Shown: positions 52,746 to 64,000 of the stretch, one piece after another
How positions within the stretch are numbered: the stretch's first letter is position 1
How the letters are laid out: every line of letters starts with the position of its first letter
Origin: Octopus bimaculoides
Taxonomy: Eukaryota
Assembly: GCF_001194135.2 (NCBI RefSeq)
Contig: NC_068993.1
Location: 60,101,672 to 60,165,671 of the forward strand
Direction of reading: 5' to 3'
Length of the DNA: 64,000 nt
Notes under the pieces: generated by a model
Database searches by the model: none
What the model was told of the DNA's origin: nothing
What the model saw: the letters and a program-made list of their open reading frames with translations, nothing else
Position numbers and translations under genes: made by a program

Positions 52746-54085
52746 TACTGTGTTATTAATATCAACAGTACTATCATCATTATCATACTCATGATAGTCA
52801 TCATAGCCATCATCATCATCATCATCATCATTGTCACTGTTGTTGTAGTTGTTGTTACTGTTGTTGACTTGAGGGAAATCGTGTTTTCGATTTTCCGTTC
52901 AGAATATAGTTATAGTGCGATGGGAAAGGAATAGGTGCAAATAAAAATAATAGTAAAGAAAGAAAAAAAAAGAGTCAACATAAGACAAACGAACACAGGT
53001 GTGGAAGAAGAATTATTTGTAAAGGACAAGGAAATCCACCCTCAGGAAAATAGCGAAGAAACTGCAGAGGACGAACAGAAAGATATACGATTCACAGTTC
53101 TTCGAAAATCAAACAAGATGGTGACAGACAGAATTGCGCCTATGAAGTTACAGTGATACAAACACAATTAGTTTCGGAATAAAAGCTTCTGACACACAGA
53201 AACAAACTCGTAAAATTAAAATCAAGACATTTAAAAGTCGCACTGAAAGTTAATATTTTCTATTACAGATGCTTTCTAGTTAAAAAAAAAAAAAAAAACC
53301 TTATTAGTGGGATGTTTGGTTGCAATCGAATACAATTTGCAAAGTGATTAAGTGGCCAGGATCGTGGAGCAAACAATTCTCAACCAAGCCAGAAAATTTT
53401 ACCAAGTCTTATTTCATTAAGATATATTTTGCTTTAATTATCGAAGGTTCAATTGTAACTATAATATNNNNNNNNNNNNNNNNNNNNNNNNNNNNNNNNN
53501 NNNNNNNNNNNNNNNNNNNNNNNNNNNNNNNNNNNNNNNNNNNNNNNNNNNNNNNNNNNNNNNNNNNNNNNNNNNNNNNNNNNNNNNNNNNNNNNNNNNN
53601 NNNNNNNNNNNNNNNNNNNNNNNNNNNNNNNNNNNNNNNNNNNNNNNNNNNNNNNNNNNNNNNNNNNNNNNNNNNNNNNNNNNNNNNNNNNNNNNNNNNN
53701 NNNNNNNNNNNNNNNNNNNNNNNNNNNNNNNNNNNNNNNNNNNNNNNNNNNNNNNNNNNNNNNNNNNNNNNNNNNNNNNNNNNNNNNNNNNNNNNNNNNN
53801 NNNNNNNNNNNNNNNNNNNNNNNNNNNNNNNNNNNNNNNNNNNNNNNNNNNNNNNNNNNNNNNNNNNNNNNNNNNNNNNNNNNNNNNNNNNNNNNNNNNN
53901 NNNNNNNNNNNNNNNNNNNNNNNNNNNNNNNNNNNNNNNNNNNNNNNNNNNNNNNNNNNNNNNNNNNNNNNNNNNNNNNNNNNNNNNNNNNNNNNNNNNN
54001 NNNNNNNNNNNNNNNNNNNNNNNNNNNNNNNNNNNNNNNNNNNNNNNNNNNNNNNNNNNNNNNNNNNNNNNNNNNNNNNNNNNNN

Positions 54086-54125
<40 letters not shown>

Positions 54126-54536
54126 TCACACACAGATAATACCTATTTGTGTGTGTTTGTGTGTGTATGCATATGTATAAGGAATCCCTTTTTTCCCACT
54201 AACCCACTCGGCTGATCTGATGTAAGCACCGCCAAGTACAAAAACAGTCATGTCCACTTCCAGTTGGTTGGATGTGGACATGTGTACCTTTTTCTCTAAG
54301 CGCGTGAGGGCACGCGTGCAAGTGGCAGTGTGTGCAGTTAATTGTATGCTTATATATGCACCCGCCTATGCATTATATATGCATATGTCTTCTGCAGAGG
54401 GCAAAATAGGCGATGACCATTTCTATACAAATATTCGGGACCATCGCATGCACACACATATATACATGCACCCACACAAATTTATCTCTGGACTTACATG
54501 CATACACTTAATTCTAAATATAGGTGTGTACAACTA

Positions 54537-54764
54537 CATGGTCCCAGGATCGAACCCACTGCGTGGCCTCTTGAGCAGGTATTTTCTAATGTAGCCCCTA
54601 TCGCACCAAAGCCCTGTGAGTGGATTTCCTAACCGGAAACTGAACGAAGCGCATCGTATATGTGTATATAATTAAATATGTGTACGGGAGTGGATTCGTT
54701 CGACAAAACTATTGAAAGCTCTGCCCCAGCATGGCCGCAGTCTATTGACCCTAACAAGCAAAAG
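54537..54764 (+). mobile_element. OR-type SINE, internally deleted
   Basis: cccactgcgtggc..accaaagccctgtgagtggattt..ggaaactga; tail ccagcatggccgcagtc. Confidence 0.75.
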
Positions 54765-54838
54765 TTGAAATATGTGTTTAAATGTATAAATGTGTATACA
54801 CACAGAGAAGTATATACTTATGTATGTACATGTACATG

Positions 54839-54888
<50 letters not shown>

Positions 54889-55718
54889 NNNNNNNNNNNN
54901 NNNNNNNNNNNNNNNNNNNNNNNNNNNNNNNNNNNNNNNNNNNNNNNNNNNNNNNNNNNNNNNNNNNNNNNNNNNNNNNNNNNNNNNNNNNNNNNNNNNN
55001 NNNNNNNNNNNNNNNNNNNNNNNNNNNNNNNNNNNNNNNNNNNNNNNNNNNNNNNNNNNNNNNNNNNNNNNNNNNNNNNNNNNNNNNNNNNNNNNNNNNN
55101 NNNNNNNNNNNNNNNNNNNNNNNNNNNNNNNNNNNNNNNNNNNNNNNNNNNNNNNNNNNNNNNNNNNNNNNNNNNNNNNNNNNNNNNNNNNNNNNNNNNN
55201 NNNNNNNNNNNNNNNNNNNNNNNNNNNNNNNNNNNNNNNNNNNNNNNNNNNNNNNNNNNNNNNNNNNNNNNNNNNNNNNNNNNNNNNNNNNNNNNNNNNN
55301 NNNNNNNNNNNNNNNNNNNNNNNNNNNNNNNNNNNNNNNNNNNNNNNNNNNNNNNNNNNNNNNNNNNNNNNNNNNNNNNNNNNNNNNNNNNNNNNNNNNN
55401 NNNNNNNNNNNNNNNNNNNNNNNNNNNNNNNNNNNNNNNNNNNNNNNNNNNNNNNNNNNNNNNNNNNNNNNNNNNNNNNNNNNNNNNNNNNNNNNNNNNN
55501 NNNNNNNNNNNNNNNNNNNNNNNNNNNNNNNNNNNNNNNNNNNNNNNNNNNNNNNNNNNNNNNNNNNNNNNNNNNNNNNNNNNNNNNNNNNNNNNNNNNN
55601 NNNNNNNNNNNNNNNNNNNNNNNNNNNNNNNNNNNNNNNNNNNNNNNNNNNNNNNNNNNNNNNNNNNNNNNNNNNNNNNNNNNNNNNNNNNNNNNNNNNN
55701 NNNNNNNNNNNNNNAAAA

Positions 55719-55764
<46 letters not shown>

Positions 55765-55871
55765 GAATATATATGTGTGTCTTTGTATATGTGTGTGTGT
55801 GTCTGTGTGTGCGCGTGTGCGTGCGTGTGTGTATGTGTGCGTGCTCGCATGTGTGTGAGTGTATGTGTGTG

Positions 55872-55903
<32 letters not shown>

Positions 55904-56326
55904 CGTATGTATGTATGTATGTATGTATATACACACACACACACATATATATATACGTATATATTATACGTAAATATAGAATCATAGATATATGCATACA
56001 TATATGAATATATTTATGTATAGATACATATATGTATGTATGTATGTGTGTATGTATGAAGATATATGTATATATATATATTAGTTGAAGGTATTCTTTC
56101 TGGGAAAAATTAAAATATTCTCAGCTAGACTAATTATATTGTCTTCTGCTTTTAAAGACTCGAATTTCTAATCAAATGTATAAGACTTGAATCCGAAATG
56201 GTTAAGTTCACCTAACCGTACATACATAATGTATTAAATGTACTACCAAGTGACAAATGGTGCAATACTGTAAACTTATATTTACATATATTACCATAGA
56301 GAAATTTATACATATGCACATACACA

Positions 56327-56368
<42 letters not shown>

Positions 56369-56371
56369 CAT

Positions 56372-56403
<32 letters not shown>

Positions 56404-57338
56404 GTATATATACATACACACACACACACACACACACGACTGCTCACAAACAGCTAAATATATATACATATTTTATTCATAGAAATGCATGCACACACAA
56501 ATATACTTTCTCTCTTTCATTCNNNNNNNNNNNNNNNNNNNNNNNNNNNNNNNNNNNNNNNNNNNNNNNNNNNNNNNNNNNNNNNNNNNNNNNNNNNNNN
56601 NNNNNNNNNNNNNNNNNNNNNNNNNNNNNNNNNNNNNNNNNNNNNNNNNNNNNNNNNNNNNNNNNNNNNNNNNNNNNNNNNNNNNNNNNNNNNNNNNNNN
56701 NNNNNNNNNNNNNNNNNNNNNNNNNNNNNNNNNNNNNNNNNNNNNNNNNNNNNNNNNNNNNNNNNNNNNNNNNNNNNNNNNNNNNNNNNNNNNNNNNNNN
56801 NNNNNNNNNNNNNNNNNNNNNNNNNNNNNNNNNNNNNNNNNNNNNNNNNNNNNNNNNNNNNNNNNNNNNNNNNNNNNNNNNNNNNNNNNNNNNNNNNNNN
56901 NNNNNNNNNNNNNNNNNNNNNNNNNNNNNNNNNNNNNNNNNNNNNNNNNNNNNNNNNNNNNNNNNNNNNNNNNNNNNNNNNNNNNNNNNNNNNNNNNNNN
57001 NNNNNNNNNNNNNNNNNNNNNNNNNNNNNNNNNNNNNNNNNNNNNNNNNNNNNNNNNNNNNNNNNNNNNNNNNNNNNNNNNNNNNNNNNNNNNNNNNNNN
57101 NNNNNNNNNNNNNNNNNNNNNNNNNNNNNNNNNNNNNNNNNNNNNNNNNNNNNNNNNNNNNNNNNNNNNNNNNNNNNNNNNNNNNNNNNNNNNNNNNNNN
57201 NNNNNNNNNNNNNNNNNNNNNNNNNNNNNNNNNNNNNNNNNNNNNNNNNNNNNNNNNNNNNNNNNNNNNNNNNNNNNNNNNNNNNNNNNNNNNNNNNNNN
57301 NNNNNNNNNNNNNNNNNNNNNNNNNNNNNNNNNNNNNN

Positions 57339-57535
57339 TTGTGTGTCTGTCTTTGTCCCCCCCCCCAACATCGCTTGACAACCGATGCTGGTGTGTTTAT
57401 GTCCCCGTAACTTAGCGGTTCGGCAAAAGAGACCGATAGAATAAGTACTAGGCTTCTAAAGAATAAGTCCTGGGGTCGATTTGCTCGACTAAAGGTGGTG
57501 CACCAGCATGACCGCAGCCACTTGGCTGAAACACA
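57339..57535 (+). mobile_element. OR-type SINE 3' part
   Basis: atcgcttgacaaccgatgctggtgtg..gtaacttagcggttcggcaaaagagaccgatagaataagtact. Confidence 0.9.
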
Positions 57536-57539
57536 TAAA

Positions 57540-57570
<31 letters not shown>

Positions 57571-57989
57571 GAAGTCATAAGAATTTCATAAAGTTTCTAG
57601 AGGATGTGGAATAATTTGGTAAGAAACCGAAATTAATAGCAAGAAAATACTGGCCTGAAAACCCTTTTTGCAGGGGAAAAAAAAAATTTCTGAAGAAAGA
57701 AATTGAAGAATTGCATTTAGTACATATTTGAAATATTTTTACAAGACAGTGACTTCGAAGTTAAGACCTGCTAACCTTCCTCGGTTATTCGGACAGCATT
57801 ATTCTTACGAGAGTACTCTGTGTGTGTATGTATGTGTGCCTGGGGAGATGGGTGTGTGCACGCACACAAATGTATGTGCGTGTGTAGAGAGAGAAAGAGA
57901 GAGAGGGGGAGAGAGAGAAAGAGGGGGAGAAATATATATGCATACATATATACGTATGTATATATATGTATGCATATATATACAAATAC

Positions 57990-58323
57990 ATGCTTTCGGT
58001 GCGAATGGTTTTGTTATACGGTGCCGTATTTTACAATCCTGCAAATAATAATAATAATGGTATTTTTATATAAGCCTAAAGCTTATAGGGATCACCGTGC
58101 AATGACTAAAGAAAATAGTCTAATAAAGGGGCATATAAGCCCTCGACAGAAAAAAGTAGGCTTTCCCATCCGCGTGAGACTCGAACCCTTTCTGTTTCCT
58201 TTACACCAGCGAATTAACCTCCCTCTTTCTGTCAAATTTAAGAACCGTATTAGTTCGTTTTTGTTCTATGTAAACAAACTTTCTATATGCTTTCGGTGCG
58301 AATGGTCTTTTATACGGCGCAGT
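57990..58323. repeat. About 37-bp direct repeats flanking about 260 bp
   Basis: atgctttcggtgcgaatggt..ttatacgg at 57990 and 58287. Confidence 0.8.
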
Positions 58324-59544
58324 TAAATATGTGTGGTTGTGTGTGCGCGCGAGAGAGAGTGTGCGTGTGTGTGTAAATTTATGCCTATAATATAATAAAT
58401 ATAGAAATAATAATAAAATAAGAACGATAATAAAATGATAAGTGTTTTAAATTTTTGCCCATGCCCAGTAGAATTTTGGAGGGAAGGGTTTAGTGGATTA
58501 TGTCAAATGGTTCTTCATTTCCTTAATCTTAAGATCATGAAAATTCAAACTAACCTACATGAGATTTCAACTCAATACGTAAACAATCCGAAGACATAGC
58601 GCTAAACATTTTGTCCGATGTGATAATGATGTTATTCTGTTATTCCTTTATTCTATTAGTCTTCTATTCTCTTATTCTTTTATTCTATTATGCGTTTCAG
58701 CCCAAGTGCTGTGACCATGTTGCGCCACAATGTAAATTAGAAAACTGTCACAGAAATATCTTTCAGGCCTTGGTTTACATACAACTTTGTCTTCCCTCAT
58801 TAGAATGTAAAATATTTATTAAACGGTGAAAAATCTACAACTTTACCCCCTGGAGGGAAAACACAAGATATACGTAGAAATATACGAGGGAAAATTCTGG
58901 AAAGGCTAACAACTAATTTTGACAACAAGAGTGATACAAATGTCTGTATGGGACGTCATTGCGTAATATGAAATACCGCCGATTCCATCCGAATTGAGGA
59001 CCAGGTACTACAAGAGATGGCGGTTCAAATGTTCACAGCTGATCTGTGTTTTGCGAAAAGAATTAAGACACCTACAAAATGTGAATCTCTTCGAAAAAGA
59101 GAGGGACGTAATCCAATCCACAACACCAGACGAACCGACGACCCAGCATGAAGCGCAAACGAGGGCTGAGGTGTAGAAGTCCCCCATACAACAATCGAGA
59201 GGAAGGTGGGAAGATCCATATGCTAAAATTGTTGATCTGAGATCCCACCGTCCAGAATATATCAACCACATAGGAGGGTACACGGTCACGGTGGGAACTC
59301 CTATATGACCGCAGGCGCATGTTTCGCACGAATATAAGGATTAAAAGGAAACAAAATAATTTATATTTGGATTTCTTTTCTACATCCGACTCTACATACA
59401 CATGCACACACAGACACATAGCTTATATGTGTGTGTGTGTATATNNNNNNNNNNNNNNNNNNNNNNNNNNNNNNNNNNNNNNNNNNNNNNNNNNNNNNNN
59501 NNNNNNNNNNNNNNNNNNNNNNNNNNNNNNNNNNNNNNNNNNNN

Positions 59545-59724
59545 CGGTATTTCGTCAGCCGTTATGTTCTGAGTTCAAATTCTGCCGAGGTCGAGTTTGC
59601 CTTTCACCTTTTCGGGGTCGACAAATAAAGTACTAGTTACGCACTGGGGTTGATGTAATCACTTAATTGTATTGTCTGTCCTTATTTGTCCCCTCTATGT
59701 TTAGCCCCTTGTGGGCAATAAAGA
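59545..59724 (+). mobile_element. OK-type SINE with an alternative tail
   Basis: OK body, then gtctgtccttatttgtcccctctatgtttagccccttgtgggcaataaag. Confidence 0.8.
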
Positions 59725-59739
59725 AAATATTTAATTACA

Positions 59740-59830
59740 AAATATAGAATGGACCCTTATAACCATTCCATGTTTAAAAAGTCATAAATCAAGGGGGTCC
59801 TTAGAAGAAAAAAATGATTGAGACCCACTA
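59740..59830. mobile_element. hAT MITE terminal fragment
   Basis: aaaaatgattgagacccacta, whose reverse complement resembles cagtggttctcaaacattttt at 1621. Confidence 0.55.
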
Positions 59831-59970
59831 CATCAGCTGTATTGGAGGAGATCTACCCTTAACTACGTTATAACCGTGCCGTGACCATCCAGTCTTTTTG
59901 GAACGCCTAGAATAACACGTTCAATTTTCAGGGTTTTAATTTTCTATTTTATCTTTTATTTTTGTTACGT

Positions 59971-60150
59971 GTTTCAGTTATTGGTCTTCGGCCAAGCTGG
60001 GGCACCGCATTGACGGGTTTCAGTCGAACAAATGGACCACTGCTTATTTTCACTTAAAGCCTGTTACCTGTTCTATGGTTCTCTTTTGCCGAACCGCTTG
60101 GTTTCGGAGACGTAAACAAACCAACACTGTTTATCAAGTTGTGACACAGG
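59971..60150 (-). mobile_element. OR-type SINE 3' part
   Basis: ctcttttgccgaaccgct..gacgtaaacaaaccaacac. Confidence 0.75.
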
Positions 60151-60159
60151 CACAAATAC

Positions 60160-60215
<56 letters not shown>

Positions 60216-61000
60216 NNNNNNNNNNNNNNNNNNNNNNNNNNNNNNNNNNNNNNNNNNNNNNNNNNNNNNNNNNNNNNNNNNNNNNNNNNNNNNNNNNNNN
60301 NNNNNNNNTACGTAAGTACGTATAAAGGTATGTATTGACCATGCCTTTCAAAAGTGGTTTTTGTGGCGTCGCAAAGTCAATATTTCTCTCACACTCTCTC
60401 TCTACTATATGCACATACATATAAACATGCATATACATAAACATATACACGTACAGACAGACGCACGCACATACACACACGCGTGTATGTATGTATGTAT
60501 GTATGTATGTATGTATGTATGTGTGTGTGTGTGTGTGTATGTATGTAAGCATGTGTGTATGAATGTGTGTGTGTTTGTATGCATGCATGCTTCCACCTTC
60601 CTAGTTCGCTAAAATAAGTACGAATCAAGTTGATATACTCAAATCCTCATAATCTGAAAGTGCAGAATTTCTCCCAAGGGAGGAAGGTCTGTCCTGCCCT
60701 ACCCTGCCATGCCCTGCCCTACCCTGCCCTGCCCTTTGCAGCCCTTTCTTTCACAATGATAAAACTGAAGAGGCTAAGTCAAAGCTATAGCATGGACAGA
60801 ATATGTTTGTGCTTGGCAATGGGCGGGTTTGTTGTTGGTGGGAAATGCATGAAGCCCCTGTAGCAGGGACATATTCTTCGGAAGGGCAGTGCTTCGAAGT
60901 GAAATGTAACGGATAAGACAAAATGACGGTTGTGTGGTGTCCGAGGTGGAGTGAGTTTTGTTGGTAGTCGGAAAAGAGGAGCTTCAGCAAGTATTTTGAG

Positions 61001-61180
61001 CAATGGGTCTCAATCTTTTTAATATCCGGGCCAGCTTCGAAACCCGGGGGTGTTTTAAGAGGCAGCAACATAAAAAGTAAAGCCTAAAATAAAGAAAGAT
61101 TTATTATATTTACAGAGGGGAGAGCAACGGGGACCGCAAGAAGGATGCTTGAGAGCCGCATATGGCCCTGAGAGCCACTG
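61001..61180. mobile_element. Possible hAT-type MITE
   Basis: caatgggtctcaa start; gagagccgcatatggccctgagagccactg end; no TSD. Confidence 0.4.
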
Positions 61181-61617
61181 CTGGTTTTGAATCTTTGCAG
61201 TTATTGAGGGGCACAATGTTGTGCTATAGGAAGAAATTCAAAGTTCTATACGTAGAGGTGGACAAGACACACTAGACGGGTTGGCTAGACCGATATGACA
61301 GGAGTGCTTGGAGACCCTGTAGAACGGCCGGTTCCACTTCAAATTGTGGCAGCTACTCAAGGCTATAATTACTTCATATTTGTGCGCGCGCACACACATA
61401 CACAACGAACACACACATACACACACGTAATTTATTTTGGGTAGTTAAAAGTTAATTAAAATTTACATGAGGTTTTTATTAAATGCTATGTTAATGAACG
61501 ACAAAGATTGCTAAATGGGAAAGTCGTTAAAGCACCTGATACAGTACTTTGCCGTATCTATTCCGTTTCCCTGTTATCTCGGTTCAAATCGCGCCAATGT
61601 TAACTTTTCTTTCAAAA

Positions 61618-61833
61618 GCGACGAGCAGGTGGAATCGTTACAGCGTCGGACAAAATGCTTAGCGGCATTTCTTCCGGCTTTACATTGTAAGTGCACAGGC
61701 TGCCGAGATCGACTTTGCCTTTCATCCTTTCGGGGTCGATAAAAAAAAAAGTACCCGTTGAACGCTGAGGTCGAAGTGAGCGGCTTTCCCTTTCTCTCGA
61801 AATTGCTGGCCTGGTGTCAAATTTTGAAAGCAA
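61618..61833 (+). mobile_element. OK-type SINE
   Basis: gaatcgttacagcgtcggacaaaatgcttagcgg..gactttgcctttcatcctttcggggtcgat..aaattgctggcc. Confidence 0.85.
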
Positions 61834-62955
61834 TAAAGTAAGCACTTGTTTGATTTTTCCCTCTCATACAGTCTCTCTCTCTCTCTCTCTCTTTCTCTCT
61901 ACGTCTGTATTTCTTTCAGTCTTTCTGTCGACCCTCTTCCACTTCTTTGTGGAAAAGGGCAGTGAGAATGGCCTACATATCACATTTTCACAGTGCAGTG
62001 TAACCGATTCTGAGAGAGAAAGAGAGAGAGACAGAGAGAGAGAGAGATAGAGAAAGAGAGAGAGAGAGAGAGAGAGAAGGAGATCGATCCAGTATTTGGC
62101 CGGCACTTTGCATATCGATCTCAGAAGGATGAAAGCAAAGTGACCTCTTCAGGATAGAAACTCACAAATGAATGAGTTTGAACAAGAGTTTATCCAATCC
62201 GCCAACCATTCTGTTTACTAAACATGTCCCAAAAATTCCGTCTTCCTCCTCAAAATAAATCATAAGGCAGAATCGGTTGAGCACCTTCTCTTAGTTATAG
62301 TCATGTTCTTTCTGAGTTCAAATCTAGGTGATATTATCTACCATCTTCCAAGGTGCGCGCTTCATAACCTACTCACTTTTGAGGGCCCCTTTTACTTGAC
62401 TGTTGTTGTTCTACAAATCCCCTGTTTTTCAAAGGATTCTCTACTCGATAAATCTATTTTATTAACTAACAACAAACTCGGGTTTTTCAGTTTTATCTTT
62501 CAAATGAAAGAGGATAAGCGTCATTGAATTTTATATAACTTAATAATTCTGCAGTATTTTAAAATATTGAATACAATTCACTAATTCTAGTACAATGTTC
62601 ATGGATCCGCAGGAGTCGGAGGATCTCCGGCGGTTTGTAGAACCTATGGGTTATTGACCCCCAGTATGGTTATTGTTGTTTTATGGGAGTTAATAGATCA
62701 CAGTCTCATTTAAGATCAGTCTCATTTAATGGAATCGATTTCAACGAAATAAGCGTTCTCAGTTCAAAATTTGTGATCTTGTGTCTATGTATGAAGTATT
62801 GTTAATTTTAGAAAAACAATTGAAAGGAGCCGATGAATTTTTATGTTGTTTCACCATTTACCATTCTGCAGAACATTCTATAGAATATATGTGACACCAA
62901 AAATACAATGGCTGGTTTGTAGCAGCCTAATCTTTCTAAGAAAATAACACAAATA

Positions 62956-63144
62956 GGCGCAGGGGTGGCTGATAAGCGCAATCGGTGAAGGGGTGACTGC
63001 ATGGTAAGCATTTTCTTTGCCAACATGGTTCCGGGTTCTGTACCATTGCGTGACACTTAAGGCAAGTGTCTTCTACCATAGACTCGGGCCCACCACATCC
63101 TTGTAAGAGGATTTGGTAGGCGAAAAATGAAAGCGTCCCGTCGT
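62956..63144 (+). mobile_element. OR-type SINE head plus CORE-like region
   Basis: ggcgcaggggtggctg..catggttccgggttc..ggcaagtgtcttctaccatag..ggatttggtagg. Confidence 0.8.
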
Positions 63145-63194
63145 ATGGATGTATGTATAGATGGATGGATGGATGGATGGATGGATGGATGGAA

Positions 63195-63251
63195 TACGCT
63201 ACTAATAGTTTCATATGTTGAGAAATTCCTCAAACATATTCATCAGGCACA
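63195..63251 (-). ncRNA. Type I hammerhead motif with a long helix II
   Basis: Minus strand: tgtgc CUGAUGA atatgt(t)tgag-gaattt-ctcaacatat GAAAC tatta GUA gcgta. Confidence 0.7.
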
Positions 63252-63297
63252 ATATGGTTATGATATGTGGTTTGTGCATGATGAATATCAAGTAATA

Positions 63298-63348
<51 letters not shown>

Positions 63349-63406
63349 CTTTTATTTTCTTACTCCTTCACTTGTTTTCAGTCATTTGACTGCGGCCTGA
63401 TTTATA

Positions 63407-63606
63407 GTTGTTGTTGTTGTTATTGAACTCATGGAGAGGCCCCGATAGAGCGGAACTACGATCAAAAGAGTTGAGATTCGACCATCACGGTTGTTTTATA
63501 TATTTACGATTAAACTATCCAATATACTTATCCTTCCATTATTAGAAGCCAAAGCTGTTATATGAACAGCATTTAGCAGTCATTTCTAGCACGATGAGCG
63601 ACAACA
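63407..63606 (-). mobile_element. Diverged copy of the (CAA)n-tailed repeat
   Basis: (GTT)n, ccgatagagcgg..acgatcaaa..gaccatc, and catttctagcacgatgagcgac. Confidence 0.5.
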
Positions 63607-63955
63607 AGGCACTTCCCCGGTCGTACAATACCATGATTTAAATGGAGATGAAATTAAGGGCTACTCGGCAGAGAGAGTTAAGTTCTCTATCCGTTTTTAG
63701 CTCATCATCACCCTTAAATATCAATTATTAACAAATGAAGTTGTATGGTTGATTTATTCAAAGGGACATAAATAAAACTGCACGTTTATCCATTTCATTT
63801 ATTCATTTATTTATTTTATTTAAAACTCTGATAAACGAAAACAATATATTCAACACAATCTCTATAAATCACTGTCCATTCCTACGCTCCCGGATTCAAA
63901 CACACACAAATACAAACACATACATACATGCGCGAGCACACCCCATATATATATG

Positions 63956-64000
<45 letters not shown>

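Overview
AT-rich eukaryotic DNA with many microsatellites and many N gaps. The SINE and repeat content looks like octopus (my inference from recognised OK- and OR-type SINE sequences). I found no host protein-coding gene I can support. Nearly all long ORFs in the track are artefacts of N gaps or simple repeats. Recognisable content: (i) many tRNA-derived SINE copies and fragments, including chimeras; (ii) a 5'-truncated R4/Dong-type retrotransposon tail plus a second element, both inside (TAA)n tracts; (iii) decayed DNA transposons (Tc1 5' end, hAT/Buster transposase C-terminus, hAT MITEs, piggyBac-type TTAA ends); (iv) minisatellites and several inverted repeats. The main result is a set of minimal type I hammerhead-ribozyme motifs at about 4.05, 44.3, 45.3 and 63.2 kb, plus a degenerate head-to-head pair at 47.1 kb. 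They have the tiny or palindromic helix III typical of Penelope-like elements, but no intact Penelope ORF lies nearby. Coordinates of degenerate repeats are approximate.
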